A stretch of DNA of 63,446 nt, counting the filler, from Reclinomonas americana ATCC 50394 (lineage: Eukaryota), in assembly GCA_048213135.1 (NCBI GenBank). It is 7 parts of one record of this genome, joined end to end, with 100 filler letters (N's around TTAATTAATTAA, not from the genome) between each part and the next. Parts side by side here need not be neighbours in the genome. Positions count along the whole stretch, not along the records: positions 7,526 to 14,830 come from PS015082.1; positions 14,931 to 21,989 come from PS015082.1; positions 22,090 to 50,400 come from PS015082.1; 4 more parts are not named here. One strand, 5' to 3'. How positions within the stretch are numbered: the stretch's first letter is position 1; the number at the start of each line of letters is the position of its first letter. Below, piece after piece: positions 13,005-25,830 of the stretch. The position numbers were made by a program, and so were the translations under genes. The notes below the pieces were generated by a model. That model was not told the origin of the DNA. It worked only from the letters and a program-made list of their open reading frames with translations, and did no database searches.

Positions 13005-15011
13005 TGCCATGTCAAAGTGCTCCGCAAACAGAGCATCCACCAATTCTTCAGCGACACAACACACCGTCAGATCACCATATACACGGCGTGTGATAGCAAA
13101 ACAGCAGTGCACCATGCTTCTGAGCTTCGTCCTCGAACAGCGAAGCTCGTGGACCAGTCGGACCAAGCGCACGAGCCACCACACCCTGCATGTCGATAAT
13201 GTGCAGATTCTTGCGAATGTCGCCCGTCGACAGAGGCGAGCCGCCGCGAGGGACGACACCGTTCAATGCACGCGAGAACTCCTCCTGTGCATGCGGACAC
13301 GATCAGCACTTTTTTTGCACGTCATCACTGGCACGCATGGAACACCGCCGACCTTGGCCTGCTCCAATACGCGAAGCCTCATTTCAAAGTCGCGTTCTTG
13401 CTGGAATAGGCGAAGCAGGGTGAGGCCGGCACGGCAGTAGTCACCCATCACTCTCTGGAAGCGAAGCAGGATGCGGTACTTGCGATCGTTGCTCAGCTTG
13501 CGACAGCACGCCAGCAGGTAGTTGTGCGATCGCGCCAATCCAGGGTCTGTAACAGCAACAGCAAGCAGTCAGCAAGGCAAAGTAACTGAGCACGTGACGC
13601 CATCATCACACGCACCGCGGGCGGCGACTTCGGCGAGCAGCTTTTCAATTTTGCCGTGGCTCCACGCATACGACAGCAGCGTGTCGACAAAGAACGCCTC
13701 AGTGACGCTGGAGTCCAGGCACAGTTGAATCGCGTCTTCCAACAGGTGGTGTCGCACATAAAAAGCGCACACAGACGCCTCATTTCCCAGCAGGCGGATG
13801 TAGTAGAGACACTCGTTGAACCAGGACGCATCCTTGTCGGGACCTGACGCAGCATCGTGGCTGGACGATGAACTTGAGCCGGAAGCTGTGCCGCGAATCT
13901 CACGTCAGCAAACCATCGATATGTGCAGCCACAACAATCACCCTCGTGCGCAACGTGAGAGGCCCGACGGCAGCAGGGAGCGCGGGTTCTTGCTGCTTTC
14001 CAGTACTTGAAGAATGCGACTCAGCAACAACTTTTGCTGGTACGACGCACCTCCTGGGCATACAAACAAAGAGAGTCAAGAATAGAGCGACCACGCGGTG
14101 TGTGAATGCGGGAATGGCGCACCACTGCAGTACTTGAACTTGGCGCGCGCCTGCTCGTATTGCGACGGGCCACATTTGATGAGCGTGAGGCCCCACTCAC
14201 TCCACACTGGCTCGCTTTCGATGCCGCAAGTGGTGCACAGTGCCATGGCCAGTTGCATGTGATCGTTCTTCACCAACTGGTCACGCAGCTGGCGCAGCTT
14301 GTTGGCGTCGGACAGATCGCTTAGCCGAAGTGGCAGGTTGACGCGTTGCAAGAGGAGCGACTGCAGGGCACGGACGAGAGCACAGTAAGCAAGAGGAAGC
14401 GGGAAACCCGCAGCGAGCGTTCGCACCTTCATCAGTTCCACACGCGAGAGCAAAGTGTCGCAGAACGACACCGTGCCGGAAGAGTCCGCATTCTGCAATT
14501 GTGGAGAGCGCGTGAGACGCGGACACGACGTGAGAAGCACCGCGAGCCACAAGACCTTCAGATACAGCGTCTTGGTGTAAAAGATGAGTTGCGTCACGGT
14601 GGACAGCAGGAACATGTGGTACTCGGGCAGCACTTCGGGGAGCCGCGATGACAGCGTATCGGCAAGATCCACACAAAACGTCCCCGTCTTGTGGTAGTCG
14701 GAACACAGATCCAGGATCTTCTTGCCGAGTAGAATCGACGGGCTGTTGGGGAACTGGTGAGCGCGTCGAATGGCGTCGTTCTGCCGCTCGTCCAGCGTGA
14801 ATGCTGCAAGGTGCGAGACGTTCAGTACCANNNNNNNNNNNNNNNNNNNNNNNNNNNNNNNNNNNNNNNNNNNNTTAATTAATTAANNNNNNNNNNNNNN
14901 NNNNNNNNNNNNNNNNNNNNNNNNNNNNNNCAGGCGCGACACGTCGGCGAGCGCCTTTCGTGCGTACTCAACAACATTTCGGGTCCGTCGATCCAGACAG
15001 AGTAAGCGAGT

Positions 15012-15048
<37 letters not shown>

Positions 15049-18000
15049 ATCTCCCTATCTCACATCCGTATGGACAACACGCACCTCAAGCTCGGGAATG
15101 TGTCGGTACAAAGCGCGGACATGTTCCGTCTCTTCCCACATCAGCAAGTTCTCGGCAATTGCTTTCGGCCGCCCCAGCAAATGCGAAAATGTCTGCGCAA
15201 AGTTGGTGCCCAGCGCCGACAGCACCTGGAAGCCGGTGCGCTCGTACACCAAATGACCACGCTGCTGCTCTTTCAGCAAGCCACTGTACCGCGTCAACAC
15301 CGTATTGACAACGGCCAGTTTGTGGTCGACATCGGAGAAGCGCGGTATGGCGGCCACACAGACACGGAGAGCCAGATCGTCACTCAGCGAGTTCATGCGC
15401 TCGAGGAACACATCGGCACCTGCAGTATTGTTAGCGACAAACCGAGCCGGTCCGCGAAGAAAACAAACAAGAAGGAGGCACGCAACTCTCTCCCTTGTCG
15501 GGCAGCAGCCACTCCAGATCCATGTCGTCGTGGTGCTCTCGAATGAATGGCAATTGCAGCAACTGCAACCATCAACAAGCATTCAGCCATGCAGCGTGAG
15601 AGAAACACGTATTCCACCGAGGAAAATGAGGCAGACCTCCGACGCCTCCTGGTAGTGCCCACGTGATGCCAAGTGTCGCAGAACTTGTGACGGAGAGCGC
15701 TCGAGAACGGAGAAAATCACGTGCCAACCCGTTTCCGGCACGCGAATGGCACTGGCATTCAGTGCCGGCGGTGTATCCTGCGAGCTTCGACTGGCCTTAC
15801 TCTCAGAGATGGCTGGCGAAGCAGCTGCCGGTATACCACTACCAGCCGCGGCACGACTCGACGCGGTGTCACCTGTCAAAGATGTTCAGGAGAAGACTCT
15901 CCACCCCACATTCTCAGTCACAAATGCACACGCACGCACCGGTACGATCGTCCACGGCCTCGCTGAAAGACTGCGCAGAGTTGCGTCGAACGTGCTCTGG
16001 GCGAGACTTGCGTGGCTGTGGCGTGAGCAGTGCCATGTTGGAGGACGATGCTGTGCGCGCAGGGCTGGCCGGTTCACCGGTACCGAGAAGCGAGTTCAAC
16101 AACTCCGATTCGTCCGACGAGGAGGCGGCGGAGCCGGTGGCGGCTTCTGCTGTCGAGGCCGGCAGCGACGCAGCAACAATGACGCGCACGCGTTCCGACA
16201 GTTCCAACCAGCGCAGCAGCTGTTCGCACTTGTAATCGGCCGACACTTGATCGGTCCTGCAGAAACAGCAAGTGGAGTGAGTCCCGCGCGGCTGCTTCAC
16301 AAGAGAAGTGCCAACAATGAAGCGGGTGACAACGAACACTCCCGAGCGTGGCACCAGTGGCTGCAGCAGCGGTCTCGCGTGCTCACTGCCTTCGCCGTTG
16401 ACTGTGTCACTCGCGCCAGCCTCGCCGCCCTGCCTGGAGGCCGGTGCAGCCGCCAGTTGCACCACGTGCGCCTGCGAGTAATCGCAAATGCACGACTGCA
16501 GCATGTACCTGGTGCGAATGAATGCAGCGTGTTCAGTTGTTCTGTGGCACACAAACGTACGATGCCACATTAATCGCTCACCGCGCCACGTGGTACGGCC
16601 AGAAGCGGAAGTGCTCGCAGATCAGGCTTCGCCGCATGTCGGCATCTGCAGGAAAAAAACACACACTCGTGAGAGACATCGCACACGGAGCGTGCGACAG
16701 CAGACAGCGGCACGCACCCTGCATGCGCGCCACCCACAACCACGGCTGCTGATCGATCTCGCGAGACGCCTCGAGCATCATCATGCAGAAATCGTCAGTG
16801 TAGGGGACTTGAAGCCCGAAGGTGGCGGTCAGCAAGTGCAAGTCGTTGGTCAGCAGGCCGGCCTCGGCCACTCTCGCCGCCTGATGCATGACATGCGAAT
16901 CGTGGCCATGGTTGTCGGCCTCAAAGTTCGTATCAAAGTGCGCAGCAATCAGCTCTGGTCTCTTGCCAAGGTACTGGAACAGAGCTTCAAGCAACACGGT
17001 CTCGTCACTCTCTGCCGTGGTGTTCAACGCCGCCAGCAGCGCCGCAGGTGCCGGTGCTGCAGCAGCACGTGATGCGACAGCGATGAGCGTGTGATGACGA
17101 GGTGAAGATGTGTGACGCGAACTGACCTGGCTGCAGTGCGCCATTTCGACCCGGCAGCGAGGCAGCAAGAAGCGCGAGTGCCACACGCCGACGGACGTAG
17201 CGACCATACGCGAGCGATGTCTGACATACACAAGTGAGGTGAGCGACGACGCTCGCAAAATTGCCTGCAGACGCAGCCGGGGAGGTCACCTCACTGGCGT
17301 GTGCACATACGGCACGCATGAGCTCTGTCGGTGCCACTCGATGCGACGAAGAGCACAACAGGTACGCGAGACTCCGCAGGGCCGGTGACTTGGACGAGAA
17401 CAGTTCGTAGGAGTTTGTGGAGAACAAGGGGACCTCGAGAACCGAGTTCTCGTGATGCTATCAAAACGAGGTCAGCAGAATTCCACACGCAAAAACACTT
17501 TCTGGCCCACACCAACCTCCTGATGCTTCTCCCAGTCAATGTTGGAGGGGCAGGGCGTCCACATTCGCTCGGCATCCATCCAGTGCAACGGAGAGCCCTG
17601 TCGCGTCAGTCGATGAAGCTGTGCCATGATGCGCTGCACATCCATGTTGGCCAATTGGCCGAGTGACACGGCATCCGCCACAGACGAGAGGCCTGCAGAG
17701 GCAAGTCAGGACCGGCGGATTGAACGAGGCTACCAACACACCCCGCACTCCACCTTCGCCCTGCATCAGTTGCAGCAAGCTTGACAGCAGCGATGAGGAG
17801 ACGAGACGCGACCTGCGTACGTATGTAAGTGACACTTGTCAGAGAAATACAGCCAGCAACGCAGTCTTTCTCCGAAAGCGCGAATCGCAACTCTGATGCA
17901 CTGAAAAACTCGCGAATCGAAGTGGTGTAGCGCCAAAACTCTCGCGTCACAGAGCACAGGCTGAGCACACGATCCGGGATGGCCAGCACAGCTGCGTGCG

Positions 18001-21000
18001 TGATTCGTGCAGTTGAGGCACATTTGTCGCACCGGTTGAATCACAAACGGGATGCACAGGCGCACACACACCTTCGAGAGGTTCGGCTGGTGACGCACTG
18101 CGCAACTCTTCCGGGATGCGTCGCAGTGCATATCCCTGAGTCGCTGCACCGTCGGCACTCGACGACGACATGGGTGACAGTGGTCCGAGTGACCACATGG
18201 TCTGCACCGGCAGACTGGTGGCGTCCGCATCCCCATCGACAGCGGCACATGCTTCGATAAAGCTGCGCAGTGAGGACCGAACGCGATTGAGGACCGCTCG
18301 CGTCTCGTCGTCCACTTCGTCGCGGTCGTCGACCACATCCAGTGCTCGTCGAATCGCCGCCATGGCATCCTTTCGCTGAGCCGCGTCCTCGGCATCGGGC
18401 GTGCTGGCCACCAAACTTGACAAGACGTCCTCGGCAGAGTGCGCGTACTTGAGCGAGTCCGGGTACGCCTCATACGCGGTGGACAACAGCTCCTCTCGGG
18501 AACGCGGCTCCAGCGGTGCCTCCCACACGAGACTCAGCACACGCGCAAAGGCACGCGCACGCATAATCTCCGACATGGATTCTGCCGACAGGCCGTAGTG
18601 CGTCAGAACTTCGCCAGCCAGAGCATGGTTGCCGCTCGACAGCGCAGAGACGACAAGCGAAATGGGCTTCGAGAGCGCCAATCGCAAAACTCGCTCCACG
18701 TTGGTCGACAACTGAACATGCCAACGGTGCGTGAGAAAAACATGGTCTCCATCCTCGCTCTCTCTCTCTCTCTCATCGGCTCACCTGCGGCGTAAATGTC
18801 AACTTCCACTTGGCTTCGGCAACTTGGTCGGCGAGCAGTTTCAGTCGCTGCTGCAACAATGGTTGCTGCACCTCGTCCGACACCTCGGCCACCACCTGCT
18901 GCAGCACATTGACACACTGCCCGAGACACTCGAGCACGTACGCCACACGATCACGACAGAACACGTGCGTGGCGGCGGCGGCAGTCGACTTGTCCTGCTG
19001 CACGCTGTGGTAGTGCTCGACCACAGCCGCCACCAACAGCGACAAGATGCCCTCCACCACCCAAAACTGCCGATCGGCTGGAAGTAGCGAGAGCAGCTCC
19101 TCCACGCGCTCAAAGAGGTGAGCGTCCGGGTAGTGCCAGCACAGTGTGTACACGTAGAACGACACAAACAGCAATTCATCGCGCTCCTGCAAGAAACGAG
19201 GTCACTCTAAGAAGACAGCACACCGACAATCTCGAGTGACGCGCGGCGTACCAGCGCAGGAATGACTCGGCGCGACTGCTGCACGTGTTGGACGAGTTCA
19301 GCTGGCGGCAAATGCGGCAAATGATCGGCCAGTGCAAAAGCCAAACTGTGCTCGGTGAGCACCGAGCGCAGCCCCTCAACCAGACTGTCGATCTCTTCCG
19401 GATGCTCGCCAGACGCCGAGGTGTGATTCTCCCGAATGAACTGCAGCACGTGCAACTCGGCATACACGTGGTCGCTCTCGCTCAGCAGTCGACGGTGCAA
19501 CGGAGAGAGGCGATCGGTGGCCGGCGGCTGTGCAAAAAGAGTCGCNNNNNNNNNNNNNNNNNNNNNNNNNNNNNNNNNNNNNNNNNNNNNNNNNNNNNNN
19601 NNNNNNNNNNNNNNNNNNNNNNNNNNNNNNNNNNNNNNNNNNNNNNNNNNNNNNNNNNNNNNNNNNNNNNNNNNNNNNNNNNNNNNNNNNNNNNNNNNNN
19701 NNNNNNNNNNNNNNNNNNNNNNNNNNNNNNNNNNNNNNNNNNNNNNNNNNNNNNNNNNNNNNNNNNNNNNNNNNNNNNNNNNNNNNNNNNNNNNNNNNNN
19801 NNNNNNNNNNNNNNNNNNNNNNNNNNNNNNNNNNNNNNNNNNNNNNNNNNNNNNNNNNNNNNNNNNNNNNNNNNNNNNNNNNNNNNNNNNNNNNNNNNNN
19901 NNNNNNNNNNNNNNNNNNNNNNNNNNNNNNNNNNNNNNNNNNNNNNNNNNNNNNNNNNNNNNNNNNNNNNNNNNNNNNNNNNNNNNNNNNNNNNNNNNNN
20001 NNNNNNNNNNNNNNNNNNNNNNNNNNNNNNNNNNNNNNNNNNNNNNNNNNNNNNNNNNNNNNNNNNNNNNNNNNNNNNNNNNNNNNNNNNNNNNNNNNNN
20101 NNNNNNNNNNNNNNNNNNNNNNNNNNNNNNNNNNNNNNNNNNNNNNNNNNNNNNNNNNNNNNNNNNNNNNNNNNNNNNNNNNNNNNNNNNNNNNNNNNNN
20201 NNNNNNNNNNNNNNNNNNNNNNNNNNNNNNNNNNNNNNNNNNNNNNNNNNNNNNNNNNNNNNNNNNNNNNNNNNNNNNNNNNNNNNNNNNNNNNNNNNNN
20301 NNNNNNNNNNNNNNNNNNNNNNNNNNNNNNNNNNNNNNNNNNNNNNNNNNNNNNNNNNNNNNNNNNNNNNNNNNNNNNNNNNNNNNNNNNNNNNNNNNNN
20401 NNNNNNNNNNNNNNNNNNNNNCAAAACACGGCGCCACGGCACACCGTCGCGCATCCATTCGGCAGTCGGTCGCCCACTAGCGTGCGTATCACGCATTGGT
20501 GGAGGTTCAGTCATTGAGCCGCCGCGGTACTCACGCCAGATGGCCAACATGGCCGCCGGCGTCAACCCGAGAATACCCGACAGTTGTTCCAGCAGAGCAG
20601 TCACGCGCTGCGTACCACTCGCCGACGGGAAGCGGATCTGCATGCCCAGTGCAGTGCTGTCAGTGTCAGAGCACAGCACATGGCTGCATACGTGTGAGAC
20701 AAGATGCAGACCTGGTCCTGAAAGTTCTGTGCGAGAATGATGAGCTCGGCCTCCAGTCCCGCCTCCTCCAGCACCCGCGGTGAGAACTCCTGCTGCAGCT
20801 CCGCGTCGCACAGGATCGAATGCAGCAGCGCATAGTCTCGCTTCCGACTGTGCGAACACACCGTGAACAACAACAACAACAACACCAACCATGCAAGGAC
20901 GGAGACAATCGCCAACCTGAGCGTCGAGAAGGCCTCCAGTCGGGCCGCCTTATCGCGACCATGCCTAGCCATCTGCATCATCGCAGCCGTGCGCGGAGTG

Positions 21001-21930
21001 CGTGGGGTGGTGGCCGCCGCACGAGGCGTAGTCGGCGTAGACGCCAGTGCCGATGGCGCCACTCCGCGACCAATCAAGCGGAAGAATGCACGTGCCGCCT
21101 GTGATCACTCATCGACAGTCACGCCCAATGCAGAGATAGATAGCGAGGGAGGAAGAGACATGCACACACACACACACACACCTCAATCTGCGCCAGGCAC
21201 ACATGGTTCCAGAACGCCGACCGCTCGGCCTCGGCCACCGCACTGCCGAATCCCTCTCCACTCTCACCCCCTTCACCACCGCGATTGCTGCTGCGCGGAG
21301 TCAACAGACTGCCACGTGGCGTCTGCGGACCACCAGGACGCCCTCCACGTGACAGACTCGGAGGCTCCATTAGCTGCAAATGCACGAATGCGCGTGTGCG
21401 TGTGTGAGTGTGCGCGTGAAGTCAGACATGCTCACTGACACGCACGCTATGCACACACAGGCACATAGACAGGCGGACAGAGAGACGGAAGGAGAGCATG
21501 CATGTCTAAGAGAGACGCAACGATGGCCTCGCGTGTCGGTGAGTGACGACGAGTGACAGATTAATGTGTCCCGCGCGCGCGTCTCTGTCTCTCTCTCTCT
21601 CCGTCGATGCAGCGCCTGGGCGCCAGCGATGAAGAGGCGCTGGATGAGCTGGTAGAACGCTGCCTCAACCAGCTCTCTCGCACCGCGTTGCTATGGACGC
21701 TCAAGCGCTCAGTCAAGGCGAGCTGTCACGCACACACACGCACTCCCCCCCGATGCAAGTTGTTGTTGACATGCGTGACTGCAGGAGGAGATCATCAAGC
21801 CGAAGCATCGACTAGAGGACTTGAGCAGTGTCATACCCAACATCCTGCGCAACTCTGATCTGGGCCACGCACTGCGCAACAATGTGCAGCGATCGCTGGC
21901 CGAGTTGGGATCCGACAGGCATTCCAAACA
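13005..21930 (-). CDS. ZFYVE26: Spastizin (ZFYVE26/SPG15)-like protein, many exons, interrupted by gaps
   Basis: C-terminal segments LRDQLVKNDHMQLAMALCTTCGIESEPVWSEWGLTLIK..ARAKFKYC, FYVRHHLLEDAIQ..FFVDTLL, YLLACCRKL..YRILLRFQRVMGDYCRAGLTLLRLF and HQFPNSPSILLGKKILDLC match spastizin as I recall it. The N-terminal extent is uncertain. Confidence 0.8.
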
Positions 21931-22162
21931 GGTCTTGTCTCTCTCGCCCTCTCTCTCTCGTGCTGTGTGTTGATGTCTGACAGCAAGCGNNNNNNNNNNN
22001 NNNNNNNNNNNNNNNNNNNNNNNNNNNNNNNNNTTAATTAATTAANNNNNNNNNNNNNNNNNNNNNNNNNNNNNNNNNNNNNNNNNNNNCTTGTGTTGTG
22101 ATGTGGCACGAGGGGAGAAGGGACGCAGCGGCCTGACACGTGCGTATTGCCCGAACGCACAG

Positions 22163-23591
22163 CAATTCTACACGATTATTCCACACGATTTCGGCAACAA
22201 GATGCCGCCGCCAATCGACAACGAGGAGCTGCTGCAGAAGAAGGTGGCGACAGTGGACTCACTGCTGCAGATGGAGGTCGCCGCGTCGCTGCTCAAGTCC
22301 GACGGCTCTGCTGGTTCGCCGAGTGACACATCGCTCTCCTCGACAACCGTCCCCTCCCGCTGACCTGTGTATTTTTCGTGCCAGGTGGCTCAGAGGCGCT
22401 GCACCCGCTCGACGAGCACTACCAGCAACTGCGCACCGACATTGAGCCGGTGGAACGCAACTCGGAGGAGTGGCAGATGGTGGAGCGCTACGTGCGCCAG
22501 TCACACGGCTCGACGCACTCGCACTTCAAGCTGGCTGTTGCGTCTCACCTCATAGATGCAGTTGTGTGTGTGTTTTCAAGCTCTGATTTGTTGCGCTACA
22601 GCTGGTGGAGGTGTTCCGCATTGCTCGTGAGGGAGAGTCGGATCGGTACACGCCGTGGACCACGCTGCACAACCGCCAGCTGCTCTGGCACGGCTCGGTG
22701 CGCTGCTTCCTTTTTCTTGATGAGCTGCCCTCAGTCGCTCACTCGATGCACTCGTCGCAGCGCCTGACCAACTTTGTCGGCATTCTCAGCCAGGGTCTGC
22801 GAATCGCTCCGCCAGAGGCGCCAGTGACAGGCTACATGGTACGCGCACCTGCTGCAAGTCTTTCTCCGTGCACTGACTCACCTGTCCATTCCTTGTGTCT
22901 GCGCAGTTTGGCAAGGGTGTGTAGCGGCGGCGAAAGGCTCTCATTCTGTGTCGTCGCACTCTTCTCACACGTGATTGATCGTACAGGAATTTATCTCGCC
23001 GATCGCGTGTCGAAGAGTGCGCAGTATTGCTTCGCCCACTCGTTTGACAATCGCGGCCTCTTGCTGCTGGCCGAAGGCGCCCTCGGCAACATGTACGAGT
23101 GCACTCGCGCCAACTCGAGCCTCGCAAAGGCACCGCAGGGCTTCCACTCGACCAAGGGTGAGTATGTGTGTGGACGGCGCGAGTTTGCGAGCGTGATCTC
23201 TCTTGCTGACGCGCGGTGCGACGACGCAGGTGTGGGTCGCGTGCAACCCGACGAGAATACCTCCATCACCCTCCCCGACGGCGTTCTCGTCCCACTGGGC
23301 AAGACCAAGGAGCTGCCGGCATCGAGCACCACGCTGCAGTACAATGTTGCGCATCCATATCTATCGGGTTTTCTCTCGCAGCTTTTCTCACGCGCGCGCG
23401 TCTGTGTCGTGCACCTGCAGGAGTTTTGTCGCCGCCCCGCTTACGGTTCCCCGCCTCCGTCCCCTTTTTTCCATTCTCACCAAGCAATATTTTCGTTTTT
23501 GTGGCACAGATTTATCGTGTACGACATGTCGCAGGTCAAGCTGCGCTACCTGATCGAGCTCGACTTTACTGGCCAGGCGCGCCTGCTCTAA
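22163..23591 (+). CDS. PARP: Poly(ADP-ribose) polymerase, PARP1/2 type (regulatory + catalytic domains; 5' part lost at linker)
   Basis: Spliced product: FYTIIPHDFG..HNRQLLWHGS|RLTNFVGILSQGLRIAPPEAPVTGYM|FGK G|IYLADRVSKSAQYC..ALGNMYE..HSTKG..LQYN|E|FIVYDMSQVKLRYL. The H-Y-E triad is complete only if micro-exons 22907-22916 and 23421-23422 are used. Confidence 0.95.
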
Positions 23592-24088
23592 TCGGCACGC
23601 AAACGCCCCTTACTACTCCAGAGTCCAATCTGTGTGCGACCCTCCAATGAAAAATGAAGAATGCTGCTCCCCTCCCTCTGCGCCTCCCACAAGCCGCATC
23701 CCTCCACACGNNNNNNNNNNNNNNNNNNNNTTTTTGGTGGGTGTGGGTGGGTGTGTGTTTGGGTGCGAGCCGTGACAGAATGGGAGGCGCGGCGACGTGT
23801 CCTGTGCACAGAAAATTTGCTGGTATGTTTCGCGTGCGTGCTCTCCCTCTCTCGCGTGCGTGCATGCGGGGAAGGCAAGGCAGCGGCTGGAGTGGTGGGT
23901 GTATGTGCCACGTGTACTGGTGAGAGGAGGTGGAGCATGCCGACGTTGCGATATCGATTGTCCATGGTTTTGCGTTTCACAGGTGCCTTTGGGGTTTGTG
24001 GTGTGCCAGCTGTGGTTGCTCAAGCTTCATCCTCCAGGATGCATAATTTACCGGCTTGTGGCGATGGTTGGAGCAGGATTCGGCTTCC

Positions 24089-24115
24089 GGAATTCGAATT
24101 CGAATTCGAATTCGA
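24089..24115. repeat. (GAATTC)n self-complementary tandem run
   Basis: ggaattcgaattcgaattcgaattcga is visible directly. Confidence 0.9.
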
Positions 24116-24279
24116 CGGTGAGGGAAGCTGCGGAAGCAGAACGGAGACTGTGCGGAGACGGCTGGCAACCTTGCTGATCTTCCAAGGTTGAGCAGAGACG
24201 TCTATTACAGCAGAAGCGTGTGCTGCATCAGCCAAACCTGTGAAACCGGAGTTCAATTCAAGACTTGCAGTCAGCCGAA

Positions 24280-25830
24280 TTCGCGACTGCAAGATTTCCC
24301 AGGTCTGACAAAGGTGCCGCCAAGTAGAGGACATGGTGCCGTTTCAAATGGACCCCCGTCTTGACACTTGGAAATCGACCGTTCTGTTTCTGTGCAAGAA
24401 ACTAATGAATTTGATCGAACGGAAAGGGGTCCACGATTTTGCAGCTGTCTGAACTCGCGACTGGACGACTGTTGCGGNNNNNNNNNNNNNNNNNNNNNNN
24501 NNNNNNNNNNNNNNNNNNNNNNNNNNNNNNNNNNNNNNNNNNNNNNNNNNNNNNNNNNNNNNNNNNNNNNNNNNNNNNNNNNNNNNNNNNNNNNNNNNNN
24601 NNNNNNNNNNNNNNNNNNNNNNNNNNNNNNNNNNNNNNNNNNNNNNNNNNNNNNNNNNNNNNNNNNNNNNNNNNNNNNNNNNNNNNNNNNNNNNNNNNNN
24701 NNNNNNNNNNNNNNNNNNNNNNNNNNNNNNNNNNNNNNNNNNNNNNNNNNNNNNNNNNNNNNNNNNNNNNNNNNNNNNNNNNNNNNNNNNNNNNNNNNNN
24801 NNNNNNNNNNNNNNNNNNNNNNNNNNNNNNNNNNNNNNNNNNNNNNNNNNNNNNNNNNNNNNNNNNNNNNNNNNNNNNNNNNNNNNNNNNNNNNNNNNNN
24901 NNNNNNNNNNNNNNNNNNNNNNNNNNNNNNNNNNNNNNNNNNNNNNNNNNNNNNNNNNNNNNNNNNNNNNNNNNNNNNNNNNNNNNNNNNNNNNNNNNNN
25001 NNNNNNNNNNNNNNNNNNNNNNNNNNNNNNNNNNNNNNNNNNNNNNNNNNNNNNNNNNNNNNNNNNNNNNNNNNNNNNNNNNNNNNNNNNNNNNNNNNNN
25101 NNNNNNNNNNNNNNNNNNNNNNNNNNNNNNNNNNNNNNNNNNNNNNNNNNNNNNNGCATAAGCGTGGTTGACCAGTGGATTTGACGCAACCATTCTATGC
25201 AAGGGTTAGTAAGGCTTCCAACGGACCCCCATCTTGACCCTTGGAAATCAATCGTTGTGCCTGTACATGGAAAACTACGGAATTTTGACCGCAGAGGGGG
25301 TCCACGGGTTCGTAGTCAGCCGAACTCGTGACTGCAAGATTTCCCAGGTCGGACAAAGGTGCCGCCAAGTAGAGGACATGGTGCCGTTTCAAATGGACCC
25401 CCGTCTTGACACTTGGAAATCGACCGTTCTGTTTCTGTGCAAGAAACCAATGAATTTGATCAAATTGACAAGGGGTCCACGATTTTGCCGTCATCGAAAC
25501 TCGCGACTGGACAACTGTTGCGGTCTGTTACATGTACCATTCTATGCAAGAGTCAGTGAGGCTTCCAATGGACCCCCATCTTGAACCTCGGAAACCATCG
25601 TTGTGTCTGTACGCGGGGAACCATGGAATTTTGACCGAATTGACAAGGGGTCCATGATTTTGCCGTCATCAAAACTCGCGACTGAACGGTTTTCGTGGTG
25701 CGTTGCAGGTATCAATTTGTAGGAGACATGGTGGTGTTTCCAATGGACCCCCGTCTTGGCACTTGAAACCCAACAGTTCTGCTTGTACGCGGAGAAGAAA
25801 GGAATTTCGACCGAAAAGGGGGTCCGAACC
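24280..25830. repeat. ~175-bp satellite-like tandem repeat with A/B dimer structure and internal inverted repeats, spanning a gap
   Basis: The YGGACCCCC core recurs at 24349, 25222, 25394, 25569 and 25744, each followed ~75-80 nt later by GGGGTCC. 24281-24477 is nearly identical to 25326-25523. Confidence 0.85.

Noticed and set aside
14831-15060. No FYVE domain visible in the spastizin homolog
   Set aside because: The expected position coincides with the contig linker, so loss cannot be claimed.
24280-25830. CRISPR-like reading of the palindromic repeats
   Set aside because: The whole ~175-bp units are homologous with no unique spacers, there are no cas genes, and the context is eukaryotic.
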